64,000 bases of DNA, taken from Candidatus Latescibacterota bacterium. Its GTDB lineage: Bacteria > Latescibacterota > UBA2968 > UBA8231. Position numbers and translations under genes: made by a program. The stretch is from the NCBI GenBank assembly GCA_965215195.1, contig CBDCDC010000002.1, positions 4,768,001-4,832,000 on the forward strand, in the 5' to 3' direction. The notes under the pieces were generated by a model that was not told the origin of the DNA, did not search any database, and worked only from the letters and a program-made list of their open reading frames with translations. Below are positions 48,431 through 58,585 of this stretch, piece after piece (within the stretch, counting starts at the first letter, position 1; every line of letters starts with the position of its first letter).

Positions 48431-49513
48431 CTAGGTGTCCGGCTCGTACTTGGGCTGCCGCGGTGCGCGAGCCCGCTCCAGTCGGTACTTGCTCCCGTCA
48501 AGCGGTAGCCCTATGCGAGCACCGCCGCGCTGGTGCGATTCGACAAACGCGAAAATTAGCTCGGTATTGGCCCGCGCCAGCTCGGCGCCGCCGCGTGGCG
48601 GCTCGCCCGTATCGAGCGAGTGGACCAGATCCTCGACCAAGCAGAGGGTCGAAGCCCGGTGCTCGAAAGCAGGAAATTCCACCGAGCCTAAGGTATCGCG
48701 GCCCCGATGATCGCGTGCTACCGGGGCCCGCAACTGCCACTCTTTATCGTGGCCCAGTGCCGTCACCACGCCCTTTTCGCAGACAGCCTCCACTTCCAAT
48801 CCCCGACCCGAATTGAGCGCGTACGCGGTGACCCCGTTGGCGAAGTGGATGATGCCGTGCCCGACCGGATCCTCGCGCAGAATAGCCCCGTCGATGATCG
48901 CGTCGCCATTGGGCAAATGCGCTTGCACCCAAGCGGCCGGGGTATCGGAGTTGAGGCGCTGGAGCAGGTCAAAGCTGTGGCTGGCACCGTTGAAGAGTGC
49001 ACTGGTCTGGTGGATGATGAGGGTTTGCAACGCGCCGATTTCCCCGGAGTCAATGACGGCCTTCATCTGGTCGTAGCCGGGGTGGAAGCGGCGATTGGTG
49101 CCCATGTTGAGCGCGACGTTGTGGCGCTGGCAGGCTTGGACCATGCGGTCGGCTTCGGCCAGCGAGGCCGAGAACGCTTTTTCCGCGTAGATGGCGCGGG
49201 CCCCTGCTTCGGCTGCCGCGATGACGATCTCGGCCCGCTGCTCGGGCTGGGTGGCGACGCTGACGATGTCTGGCTCTTCGCGGGCGAGCATTTCTCGGTA
49301 GTCGGTGTACTGCTTGTCCGCGGGAATGCCGTAGCGCACACCGACCTTTTCCATTACATCGGGGCGCAGGTCCGAACAGGCGATGAGGTCCGTGCGTTCA
49401 CAAGCCTCGTATCCAGCGGCGTGAGAGTACGGGCGCATCGCGGGCGGGACTTCGTTGTCGATGAAAGCCCCCATGCGGCTACAGCCGATGAGGACAGCTT
49501 TGTATTGGTGCAT
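48431..49513 (-). CDS. Gfo/Idh/MocA oxidoreductase
   Basis: LIGCSRMG, YAEKAF; GGAGGAG RBS before ATG 49513. Confidence 0.85.
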   Translation of the reverse strand: MHQYKAVLIGCSRMGAFIDNEVPPAMRPYSHAAGYEACERTDLIACSDLRPDVMEKVGVRYGIPADKQYTDYREMLAREEPDIVSVATQPEQRAEIVIAAAEAGARAIYAEKAFSASLAEADRMVQACQRHNVALNMGTNRRFHPGYDQMKAVIDSGEIGALQTLIIHQTSALFNGASHSFDLLQRLNSDTPAAWVQAHLPNGDAIIDGAILREDPVGHGIIHFANGVTAYALNSGRGLEVEAVCEKGVVTALGHDKEWQLRAPVARDHRGRDTLGSVEFPAFEHRASTLCLVEDLVHSLDTGEPPRGGAELARANTELIFAFVESHQRGGARIGLPLDGSKYRLERARAPRQPKYEPDT

Positions 49514-49524
49514 TTTCTCCTCCT

Positions 49525-51162
49525 TTACCAAAATTTGGCGACGTTTTCTTCCGCCTTGGTCATCGCCTCCACCAAAGCGGCGCGGCCTTGGCGGTTGGCC
49601 GCGAGGGCGCGTTGGATGGCCGCTGCCAAGTTCGGGGGGGCTTCGACGCGCTCGGCGTGGGCACCGAGGGCCTCGGCCACCTGTGCGTAGTGGCCACCGA
49701 GCCGGTTGCTCTGATAGTGCTCGCTGGCGTAGGGCATGTGCTGGTCGTAGTGGGTCATTACGCCGTTGTTGAGCACCACCGTGAGAATGGGAATTTCTGC
49801 GCGCACAGCGGTCTCTATGTCGAGACCCGCCATGCCAAAAGCCGCGTCGCCCATGACGTTGATGACCTGCTTGTCCGGCGCGGCTAACTTGGCCCCCAAT
49901 GCCAGGCCCAAGCCGTAGCCGAGCTGAGTCGATTTGCCCCAGCCGATGTACCCTCTGGGGATTTGGGGCCGCCAGAACGGCACGAGCTGATCGCGGGGAT
50001 AGCCCGAGTCGTGGGTGATGATGGTGTTGGGCACATCCACGGCGCGGGCGAGCTCGGCGAAGACCCGGTAGGGGTTTATCGGCACCTCGTCCGAGCGGAA
50101 TTTAGGAGCCCATGTGGCGTTGAACTCAGCGCGGATGGCTGCGATCTCGGCCGCAGTCCCGCGCCCATCGGCCCGCCCGTCGGCCCCGAGCTGCCGGCGA
50201 ACTTCCTCGACGATCTGATCCAGCACGATCCGCGCATCGCCGATGGCCCCGAAGTCGATCCGGTAGTCCTTGTTGAGATCCTCGGCGCAGTTGGTCACCT
50301 GCGCCAAGACAGCGTCGCTGGGCATGGGGGCATTGAAGGCCGAGATGGTAAAGCTGGTGCCCACGCCCAAGACGAAATCGGTCTTTTGCAGGAAGCGATC
50401 GACCATCAGGGTGCCGGTGTGGCCGCCAGTGCCCAGCGCGAGCGGATGATTTTCGGGAAATGCGCTCTTGCCGGCCAAGGTGGTCATAACGGGTGCGTTG
50501 AGCAGCTCGGCGAGGGCTACGAGTTGCTCGGTAGCCTCGGCCCACAGCACGCCGTGCCCGGCGTTGATGACCGGGCATTCGGCCTTGACCAGCGCGGCAA
50601 CCAAGTCGCGCACCGCGTCTGGGTCGGCCCCGGACTTGTAGGCTTTGATTGGTTGGTAGTCGAGATCACCGGAGAACTCGGCGGCTCCTAAATCGCTGGG
50701 GATTTCCACCAGCACCGGCCCGGGGCGGCCGTGGGCGAGCTGGCTAAAGGCGCGGCGCATCAGCTCGGGAATGCGCTCAACTTGGTTGATGTTGGCGGCC
50801 CATTTGGTAATGCCGCGATAGTTGGCCACCGCGTCAAAGTTGGGCGGCACTTGCGTGCGGGCCGTGGGCACGCCGCCGGGTAGGAGCAGCAGGGGAATGG
50901 AATCGGCGTACGCCTGAGCTGCGCCGCCAAGGGCGTTTTCAGCCCCCGGCCCGGTCTGCATGGTGAAGACGCCAAGGGGGTGGCCATTGGTGACGCGGCT
51001 GAAGCCGTCGGCCATGTTGACGCCCGTCCGCTCTTGGCGGCAGATAACGGGCCGAATCCCAGCGCGGGCCGCCTCGTCGATGAGCGACTGGGCGGGAAAA
51101 GCCGACAGCCACGCAACGCCTTCGGCCTTGAGGATGTGGGCAATGGCTTGGTTGCCGTTCAT
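49525..51162 (-). CDS. Thiamine-diphosphate-dependent enzyme (acetolactate synthase-like)
   Basis: RQERTGVNMADG, GPGAEN, GDAAFGM...NNG; ATG 51162. Confidence 0.9.
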   Translation of the reverse strand: MNGNQAIAHILKAEGVAWLSAFPAQSLIDEAARAGIRPVICRQERTGVNMADGFSRVTNGHPLGVFTMQTGPGAENALGGAAQAYADSIPLLLLPGGVPTARTQVPPNFDAVANYRGITKWAANINQVERIPELMRRAFSQLAHGRPGPVLVEIPSDLGAAEFSGDLDYQPIKAYKSGADPDAVRDLVAALVKAECPVINAGHGVLWAEATEQLVALAELLNAPVMTTLAGKSAFPENHPLALGTGGHTGTLMVDRFLQKTDFVLGVGTSFTISAFNAPMPSDAVLAQVTNCAEDLNKDYRIDFGAIGDARIVLDQIVEEVRRQLGADGRADGRGTAAEIAAIRAEFNATWAPKFRSDEVPINPYRVFAELARAVDVPNTIITHDSGYPRDQLVPFWRPQIPRGYIGWGKSTQLGYGLGLALGAKLAAPDKQVINVMGDAAFGMAGLDIETAVRAEIPILTVVLNNGVMTHYDQHMPYASEHYQSNRLGGHYAQVAEALGAHAERVEAPPNLAAAIQRALAANRQGRAALVEAMTKAEENVAKFW

Positions 51163-51200
51163 GGGTATGGCGTCCCTTTCCGGGGTTTGTTGTTGGGTCA

Positions 51201-51260
51201 GGGCCGCCACAAGGGACGGCCCCTACGGGATTTTGTAGGGGCAACCCCCTGTGATTGCCC
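51201..51260. repeat. GTAG-type REP doublet (inverted pair)
   Basis: GGGCCGCCACAAGGGACGGCCCCTAC-N8-GTAGGGGCAACCCCCTGTGATTGCCC, intergenic. Confidence 0.7.
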
Positions 51261-51304
51261 ACCCGCAAAATTTGCATAGAACGTTGGACACAGACCTAGC
51301 TGCG

Positions 51305-52582
51305 TCAAGAGGCTCGCCGCCCGCGCCCGATGCTCCACCAGACGACCAAGGCCTCCACGGTGTGGCCGCTAATTAAGGCCCCCACGGCCTGGGTCGCGCC
51401 GTGGAGGTCGAAATTGGCAAGCAGGGCCAGCATCAACAAGACGGTCGCCACCCGCGACGGAGCGCTCGGTGCCATGGCTTGGGTGCGGTGCTGGAGCAGG
51501 CCAATGCCGTGGAAGTAGCTGCGCAGGCTGACGACAAAAGGAAAGCCCGTAAACAGGAGCAGGGGCGTCTTGCAGTCGGCGATCAACTCCGGGCCGATGC
51601 CGATCCAAGCGCCGAGTATGTAGTGGACAGCCGGCGTCCAAAACAGCACCACCATCCACGCACAGGAAAACAGACAACAGCCCCAGCAGAAGCGGCGAAT
51701 TTTGCCCAAATCCCCTTCTTGGCGAAAGGCCGTCGGCAGGTTGCGCAGTTCGTTGAGCCAGCCATAGGGGATGTGGCCGAGCGCATAGACGATGGTCAGC
51801 ACGGCCAGTGCTTGGGTGCCGTCGGCACTGCGGGCGACGAACACGTTGATCAGCGGCCGGGTGCCGGCCTGCACGGCCATGATCAGGGCCAAGGGCCAAA
51901 AGAAGCGCAGGACGTAGAGGTAAGTCAGGGCCGGTGCCGTAGCTTGAGCAGGCCAGCGCACCAAGCGCCAGCGGCCCCACGCGACCACGCCCAGCTCGGC
52001 GAGGGCACCTGTGTACGTGGCGAGGACCGGCAGTAAGATGGGGGTCTGGCGGACGAAGCCGAGCGGCAGCAGCGCAAAGACCGCGAGGATGCTAAGAGAG
52101 ATCCCGGTGATGGTGGCGTAGGCGGGGATGTCGGTGCGGCGGATGCGGATGAGTGCGCCGCTGTAAAAGCGCGTCATCCCGTGCAGGACGGGGAAGGGAA
52201 CGAGCCACAGCAGGGCCACGCGCACGGCCTCCCCGAGCGCGGGATCGACCCCGTGCAGATCGTTGATGATCCAAACCCCCAAAGGCGTCAGGGCCAAGCT
52301 GGCTAAAATGCCGGCCAATAGCAGCCCGGCCGCGAGCACGAAGCGGCAGCAGACTCGGTAGCCTTGGGTGTGCTCGACGAGGACTAGGCCGAGCTGTCGC
52401 ACTTGGGACAGAGTGCCGGAGAGGAATAGAGCCAAGCCAAAGGCCAGGCCAAAGGCGGCCAGCGTTTCGACCGCCCGCGGCATGCGCGCCATGCCGCCGT
52501 TGAGGAACTGGCCGCTAAGCTCTTGCACCAGCGCCGTTACCACTAGGGGCAACATGAAGCGGGTTAGCTGGGCATAGGTCAT
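51305..52582 (-). CDS. ANKH-like (MATE/MOP-fold) membrane transporter
   Basis: RFMLPL...AVETLAAFGLAF and FFWPLALI...RPLINVFVAR...GHIPYGWLNELR resemble animal ANKH motifs as recalled. Confidence 0.75.
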   Translation of the reverse strand: MTYAQLTRFMLPLVVTALVQELSGQFLNGGMARMPRAVETLAAFGLAFGLALFLSGTLSQVRQLGLVLVEHTQGYRVCCRFVLAAGLLLAGILASLALTPLGVWIINDLHGVDPALGEAVRVALLWLVPFPVLHGMTRFYSGALIRIRRTDIPAYATITGISLSILAVFALLPLGFVRQTPILLPVLATYTGALAELGVVAWGRWRLVRWPAQATAPALTYLYVLRFFWPLALIMAVQAGTRPLINVFVARSADGTQALAVLTIVYALGHIPYGWLNELRNLPTAFRQEGDLGKIRRFCWGCCLFSCAWMVVLFWTPAVHYILGAWIGIGPELIADCKTPLLLFTGFPFVVSLRSYFHGIGLLQHRTQAMAPSAPSRVATVLLMLALLANFDLHGATQAVGALISGHTVEALVVWWSIGRGRRAS

Positions 52583-52639
52583 CTACGCATCCGAGCGGTT
52601 ATACGTCCCACAAAAGCGGCGATGCGGTGTAGATTAACT

Positions 52640-55273
52640 TCAATTGTTCGCCGGGATGATCTTTTCTACTAATTGCTGCCGCATGTCCTTCCCATCAACC
52701 ATTTTTTCTACGACCACGAACAGGCCCTTACTGTTGCTTTCCCGCTCCCACAATGCGCCAATGGTCCGCTTTTCGTTGGTATCTGATCCTTCGGCGATAT
52801 GTGCGCCCTTGTATTCGACGACGAGGAGACGACCGTCGTCTAGCAAGGCGACAAAGTCCGGGTAGAATTTGTCTGTTGCGGTGGGCAGCCAAAACGAGTT
52901 GGGATGACGCGCTACATTGCGAATCCAGTACTTCACTACCGACAGACTGTCGATGATCTGAGCGCATTGCACTTCCTCGCCGTCGTCCGCACCGTCAAAG
53001 GCGGGAACGCGATCCGGGCCCAAAAAATGCTTGCGCGGTTTCCAGCTACCGCGATAGTGCCGTTGATCCCAGTACATGTCGTCGGCAAATGTGAAGGCCG
53101 TGTCGAACGAGACCGTTGTGTTGGCCTCGGATTCAAAGAGGTACTGCTGATAGACATTGCTCCGTTCCGCTTGGCGAATGGCCGCGATCTTGTTCTCGAT
53201 TTTCTTGGCGAGCAGAAATTTGCAACGCATTAGCACGGCAATGGACATGCCGCGTGTGTTGAGCAGGTGATCGACTAGTTGGCGCAGCCATTTGAGCAAT
53301 TCGCTCTGGTGAATATCCATCTGGCGCACCTGCCGGTCGAGCCACAGGACGAGCGCCTCGGCGGTCCAGCCTTCGACGGCAATGTCCAGTGCCAATTGCT
53401 CCTCTTCGCTGGCGAACTGGTAGGTGATGCGGTTGCCGTCGAGGTCAATTTCAAAGCTGCGCGCCGTCTCGCGGATAGTGAACTCCTGCTCGTCCATTTT
53501 TGGCGAATAACCGGACAGGGACCAGTCGTGGTATTCCATGAACACATCTGTATCGGCGAATTCTAGGGTGCCCTCGATTTCCGCCATGAGACGCGGAATT
53601 TTGAATGGCTGCCCTTGTTCGACCGGGGATAGGTGCTCTTTGACTGCGGCGCGGTGTTGGGCAATGGCTGTGGCAAATCCTTTTCGCTCCTGCTCGGACA
53701 ACGTCTTGTAGATTGCCTGCTCGCGCTCTTGATTGATCCAGCCGGTAAGCGCGATTTCGACCTGTCCTTCAGCGGTTTCGCGCACTAGCAATCCCTCGTG
53801 TTCAGCCTCTTTGAGTTCAGACAGGATTTCCGGGGTTGCCGGGGTCGTATATCTGAATACCGGCTCCAGCTTTTCCTGCGGACCAAACAAGTCTCTCTGA
53901 AAGTCAAGTGTGTGCTGCACCGGCTCGATATTGTCGAGAGCTTCGTCTTCCTCAAAGCCCATGTCCACCAATTTGTCGGCCAAGGCGCGTGCCGCCTCGC
54001 CAAAAGACGGCTCGGACAGGAAGGCGTAGGCTTTGTTGAGGTCGGCTGTTTGGCGTTGCTTGGCGTAGGGCATCCGCAGTACGCGGCCGAGCAGTTGCTC
54101 GACGTCGGTTGCGCTTTGGATTCGCGATACCGAGCAGAAAATGTAGGCGAAGGAGCAGTCCCATCCTTCTTTGAGCGCCTCGACTGTAATGACGTATTCG
54201 ATAGGACAGGTGCGGTCGAACAAGTCGATGCCGTTGAGTTCGCGCTGGTCGCCCGTGGCGATGGCGATTTTACTTTCGGGGATCTGCTCAATATCCATCA
54301 GGTGCTTTTTCAGGGCTGCGACTGTTACCTCTTGGTTTTTCGGCTGGGCTTGGAACAAGACGATGGGACGGATGTAGTCGGCATCGTTCTTGGCGGTCTT
54401 GGCAAGCGAAGCACAGGCGGAGATGGCTCCGCTCACCGCGCTTTGCCAAGCGTCGTGCTCGGCAAGCATGATGGGCAGTTTGATCATTTCCTCGCGCTTG
54501 AGTTCTTGGGCGGCGACGCTGTACAGGATGTTCGACTTGCGCTGTGGGGTCGCCGTGAACTCGACGATGGCACAGGGATTTACCCGCACCTGCATTTCCC
54601 GCGTCAGGCCGGTGACCGCGTTGTGCGCCTCATCGACGATCATCAACGGACGGTGCCGGTGCAGCAGGTTGGCAAAGGAGAATTTGACGGTGCCATTGTC
54701 CAGCGTTTCCAAGCCCGGCGCTGTTTGCGGCACCGCGGCAAAGTGCGGTTCCATATCCTCATTGTGGGCATACACCTTGCGCCCTTCGGTGCTCTTCACC
54801 CGCAGCGTTTGAATGGTGCCGACCACAATGCAGCAGTGGTCGTGCAAGTCGTGCGGGCGGATATGGGTGAAGTCGGCGATGTCGAATACACGCACCCGGC
54901 CGTCGAAAGCCTCGTCTAGCACTTGCCGATAAGCATGGCGGGTGTTTTTCAGGGCTTCGGCTGTCTGCCGGCGGATGGTGTTAGTCGGCACTAGCCACAG
55001 CACCAGTGGATAGTCCTTTTCGATATAGGCATTGCGGGCGATGGAGACAGCGTGGGCGGCGAGGACTGTTTTGCCGCCACCAGTAGGTAAGCGCAGGCAG
55101 ACGTAGGGAACGCCTGGCAATTCTTTTAGCGGTGCGTAAGATTCGAGCCGCGTAGTCTGCTCGGGCTCTTTTGTTATAGCTTCGTAGGCGTTTTTGGGAC
55201 CGGCGATACGCGTTTCCTCAAAGAAGCGGCGCAGGATGGCGAGGGTGTCGGCTTGATATTGTTTTAGCTGCAT
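52640..55273 (-). CDS. res: Type III restriction endonuclease subunit
   Basis: PTGGGKT, DEAH, EGWD, QLLGRVLR, YPDF...VEYKG. Confidence 0.92.
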   Translation of the reverse strand: MQLKQYQADTLAILRRFFEETRIAGPKNAYEAITKEPEQTTRLESYAPLKELPGVPYVCLRLPTGGGKTVLAAHAVSIARNAYIEKDYPLVLWLVPTNTIRRQTAEALKNTRHAYRQVLDEAFDGRVRVFDIADFTHIRPHDLHDHCCIVVGTIQTLRVKSTEGRKVYAHNEDMEPHFAAVPQTAPGLETLDNGTVKFSFANLLHRHRPLMIVDEAHNAVTGLTREMQVRVNPCAIVEFTATPQRKSNILYSVAAQELKREEMIKLPIMLAEHDAWQSAVSGAISACASLAKTAKNDADYIRPIVLFQAQPKNQEVTVAALKKHLMDIEQIPESKIAIATGDQRELNGIDLFDRTCPIEYVITVEALKEGWDCSFAYIFCSVSRIQSATDVEQLLGRVLRMPYAKQRQTADLNKAYAFLSEPSFGEAARALADKLVDMGFEEDEALDNIEPVQHTLDFQRDLFGPQEKLEPVFRYTTPATPEILSELKEAEHEGLLVRETAEGQVEIALTGWINQEREQAIYKTLSEQERKGFATAIAQHRAAVKEHLSPVEQGQPFKIPRLMAEIEGTLEFADTDVFMEYHDWSLSGYSPKMDEQEFTIRETARSFEIDLDGNRITYQFASEEEQLALDIAVEGWTAEALVLWLDRQVRQMDIHQSELLKWLRQLVDHLLNTRGMSIAVLMRCKFLLAKKIENKIAAIRQAERSNVYQQYLFESEANTTVSFDTAFTFADDMYWDQRHYRGSWKPRKHFLGPDRVPAFDGADDGEEVQCAQIIDSLSVVKYWIRNVARHPNSFWLPTATDKFYPDFVALLDDGRLLVVEYKGAHIAEGSDTNEKRTIGALWERESNSKGLFVVVEKMVDGKDMRQQLVEKIIPANN

Positions 55274-55276
55274 GGG

Positions 55277-56803
55277 TCAGGTGCGCGCTTTGATATCGTA
55301 GGGCGTCTGTTTGAAGACAATGTCCTCCCGGTCAAGCGTCGCTGGCGTCAAGCGCGACTGCTCGCCATAGACCGTGAGCGGCCCGGCGAAATGGGCATCC
55401 TTGCGCGCAATTTCTTCCCGAATTACAGCGAGTGTTGCACGGGTCAAGACATTGCCTTTGTCGCCGAGGATGCCGTTGTACAGCAGGGCATAAGCGCGAC
55501 CGTCGTGCAGGCCGAGGAAAGGCGAATCGCCGTTGCCGCGCCACGGACGCCCGGTCTCGCTGAAATAGACGTGGGCGGCCAGCACGGAAAAGCGAATGTC
55601 CGAGCGGATATGCCCTTCCTCGTCGAACACGGGCGGGCCGAGGCGGTAGAAGCGAAAGCCGCCGCCGCCTTGCCAGCCGACGCTTTTGGAGATGCCGCCT
55701 TGTTCGCCTTCTATGACTTTGTTCAGGCGCGGGACGCAATGGCTGATGGTATGCTCGCCCATTTCAATGCCGATGTAGCGGCGACCCATTTTGTGCGCGA
55801 CGGCTGCGGTGGTGCCGGAGCCGAGGAAGGAGTCGAGGACGAGGTCGCCGGGGTTGGTGGCGATGTGGAGGATGCGTTGGATGAGGCGTTCGGGCTTGGG
55901 CGTTGGAAAGACATTATCGAGATTAAATTCCTTGACCTCTTTCTTTGCATCCTGATTATGACCCACCTCAATATGAGGCCATATTGTAACCGGGGTAATG
56001 CCATCCTGAGTTTCTGAAAGAAACTTCTTAATTCTTGGAACATTATTTCCCTTCCTGCCAAACCATATTCGATTGTCCTCGACAAGATCAATAAACCGTT
56101 CTTTAGAAAATTGCCAACTTCTGCCCTTCGGCGGCCAAAATTCTTTCCCAGATAGATTTTGAATCGGATAAATATATTTTTCATTCGGTGTTTTAACTTG
56201 TATAGGCTGTGATGCCCACGGCCCTCGGGGATCATCATCAGGATTGGAAAAACCTCCCCTCTGTTCTTCACTTCGAGGAAGCAAGTTGATCTTCCAGTTT
56301 TCCTTCCTCTTTGCATGGACAACTATATGGTCATGATTATCGCTGAACCACCGCGCATCATTGGCACGAGTGTGTTTTTTTTGCCATACCACATTTGCTA
56401 CAAAGTTACCCCGTCCGAAAATTTCATCCATAATGATTTTTAGGTAATGCCCCTCGTCGTCATCAATAATTACCCAGATAGATCCTTCCTCTGTTATCAG
56501 TTCACGCAATAATTCCAAGCGGGGATACATCATCTCCAACCACTGAGCATGTTCCAAATTGTCGTCGTAATGCTCAAAGTCCTTGCGAGTGTTATAAGGC
56601 GGATCAATAAAAACGCACCTCACCTGTCCGGCGTAGAACGGGAGCAACGCCTTGAGCGCGTCCAGATTGTCGCCTTGGATGAGCATGTTGCCAGCGTCCG
56701 GGTCGCCGGCCGACAGGTCAGGGGCTTCTGCGAGGAGACGATAGGGGACGTGTGAGGCGGCGTGGATGTCGGCGTCGCGTGTTAGCCAGTGTAGGGTCGG
56801 CAT
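55277..56803 (-). CDS. mod: Type III DNA methyltransferase subunit
   Basis: IQGDNL, IDPPYN, TPKPERLI, DSFLGSGTT. Confidence 0.93.
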   Translation of the reverse strand: MPTLHWLTRDADIHAASHVPYRLLAEAPDLSAGDPDAGNMLIQGDNLDALKALLPFYAGQVRCVFIDPPYNTRKDFEHYDDNLEHAQWLEMMYPRLELLRELITEEGSIWVIIDDDEGHYLKIIMDEIFGRGNFVANVVWQKKHTRANDARWFSDNHDHIVVHAKRKENWKINLLPRSEEQRGGFSNPDDDPRGPWASQPIQVKTPNEKYIYPIQNLSGKEFWPPKGRSWQFSKERFIDLVEDNRIWFGRKGNNVPRIKKFLSETQDGITPVTIWPHIEVGHNQDAKKEVKEFNLDNVFPTPKPERLIQRILHIATNPGDLVLDSFLGSGTTAAVAHKMGRRYIGIEMGEHTISHCVPRLNKVIEGEQGGISKSVGWQGGGGFRFYRLGPPVFDEEGHIRSDIRFSVLAAHVYFSETGRPWRGNGDSPFLGLHDGRAYALLYNGILGDKGNVLTRATLAVIREEIARKDAHFAGPLTVYGEQSRLTPATLDREDIVFKQTPYDIKART

Positions 56804-56871
56804 GGGTTAGTAAATGTGCTTTCAGGAGAAAGTTTAAAAATTCTATTAAACGGACCCTAAGGTAGTGTTTT

Positions 56872-57528
56872 CTAGCGTCTCGATCTCGCTACTCTCTCCA
56901 TCTCTTGAACTTCGTCTAAACAACAACTCTTGTACTTTGCACCGCTACCACAGGGACAAGGTTCATTTCTTCCAGCTTTATGTCGAGCGATATGGAATAT
57001 ATTCCTTGCGTGTTCCATGAATCCCAAATCTCCATGTGAATACTCATCCCACAGATTCTTTCGAGCCGCTTCGATCCCAAACTGATCGGTATATGACATT
57101 CGATACAAGAAGGGAATAACCAAATCATAAAGAAAACGGGCAATCGTCAGATTTTTCTCACGCGCATACCTAATACCTAAACAGCATGAATCGTCACAGG
57201 GGTTAACGTGTAAATCGATCTTCTTTACGCCGCATTTCTTCGCAATCGCATTGGATCTTCCACCTATCTCAAACACTGTAGGCCAGCCATTGGGATGTAC
57301 GGCATCAGTGTCTAGACGGATCTCAATCTCAAACACGTCGCAAATAACACTATCTGAGTTTCTAATAGTATCATCGCGCTCAAGTCTTTCGATTAGCATC
57401 CTTTTGGTTACACCATCAAAGCAAGCGCAGAAGTCCAATTCTCCAACGATCCTCTGAGCATTTTGATCGTACACCAAACTAGGGAAAGAATATCTCAGCC
57501 ACTCGACATCGCTATTCGTCAACTTCAT
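56872..57528 (-). CDS. CBASS-associated E2-like protein with C-terminal SEC-C zinc motif
   Basis: WPTVFE...LHVNPCDDSCCLG (E2-like H/C), EYSHG, GRNEPCPCGSGAKYKSCC; ATGA overlap with the CD-NTase. Confidence 0.7.
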   Translation of the reverse strand: MKLTNSDVEWLRYSFPSLVYDQNAQRIVGELDFCACFDGVTKRMLIERLERDDTIRNSDSVICDVFEIEIRLDTDAVHPNGWPTVFEIGGRSNAIAKKCGVKKIDLHVNPCDDSCCLGIRYAREKNLTIARFLYDLVIPFLYRMSYTDQFGIEAARKNLWDEYSHGDLGFMEHARNIFHIARHKAGRNEPCPCGSGAKYKSCCLDEVQEMERVARSRR

Positions 57529-58499
57529 CGCGCATACGGCTTCCTAGGCGTTACCGTGACGGTGCCTACCCCTGTTCCTCGACGGCCCCCACTATTCCCA
57601 CCGCCACCATCACCTCGCCTTTTCCCAAAACTATCTCCAAACACGTCGCGCCACTTTTCGATGCTGTCATCATGTTCTACGGCATCGAAAGCTTTGTTGA
57701 TCTTGTCGTTGTAGATTTTGAACAGAGCCCTGAAGTGAGCGTACTTCTTTTGATCCCAGTGCCGCGTGAAATCTTCTTTCGGTAAGACGGGATTGGTGAT
57801 CCTCGGCATCACTGGGTTGCTTTGCAAGAAATCGTTTATGCGATTCGAGACCGTCTTCAGGGCATCAGGCAAAGTTCTGAAGAGGTAGCCATCATTTTCA
57901 CCATACACGGTGTGACCTATAAGCGTGGTCAAGAGAATTGATTTCGCAGTGAAATTCCCCTTGTGGTCTCTGAGATATTTCAAGAGCCTCGTGACCCGTT
58001 TGAGGTTTCCGTGTGTGACCGTGGTCTTATCGTTGAACCAATCCCTGTACCCTGTTCCATCGGTTGGCTCGAATTTGTTGGTCTCGTTATTGCAGATGTA
58101 CTGATCCCTGTTTCTCGAAGGTATGCACGGGACAATGTCTAGGTGGAAATCGCCCGCATAGTCTAGGACCACGCATCTGGTTTTCCGACGCGCTTTCTCC
58201 GCATATACCCCGTTTTCTCTGAGGCATTGGTATAGCTCGTTGATGTAGTCCCTAGGATATTTGCTTATATACTTTATATACAGCAATACGTCGGCATCAT
58301 ATTCTTGGTTCTCTCTGACGGGTTTGATGATCGTACGTAGGGCATACGACCCTTGGCGTTCGATCTTTATGTAAGAGTCCAAGTTTCTGGACAAAAATTC
58401 GCTGATAGCCTTCACACTATCATTTAATCTGTCGAGCCGTGAGGGATTGAGATTTACCTCACCGTCGAGAAAGTCGTTGAAGAACTGAGTATGCTTCAT
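57525..58499 (-). CDS. cGAS/DncV-like nucleotidyltransferase (CD-NTase/SMODS)
   Basis: QGSYALRTIIKP, EYDADV, FHLDIVP, RLLKYLRD, NPVLPKEDF. Confidence 0.92.
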   Translation of the reverse strand: MKHTQFFNDFLDGEVNLNPSRLDRLNDSVKAISEFLSRNLDSYIKIERQGSYALRTIIKPVRENQEYDADVLLYIKYISKYPRDYINELYQCLRENGVYAEKARRKTRCVVLDYAGDFHLDIVPCIPSRNRDQYICNNETNKFEPTDGTGYRDWFNDKTTVTHGNLKRVTRLLKYLRDHKGNFTAKSILLTTLIGHTVYGENDGYLFRTLPDALKTVSNRINDFLQSNPVMPRITNPVLPKEDFTRHWDQKKYAHFRALFKIYNDKINKAFDAVEHDDSIEKWRDVFGDSFGKRRGDGGGGNSGGRRGTGVGTVTVTPRKPYAR

Positions 58500-58585
58500 G
58501 TCGAAGATCCTCCTATTGGGTGTTCTTTATGGTGAATGCTGGAGCGGAATTTACAACAAATGGATGGTAGTAAGCAATTGGTATT

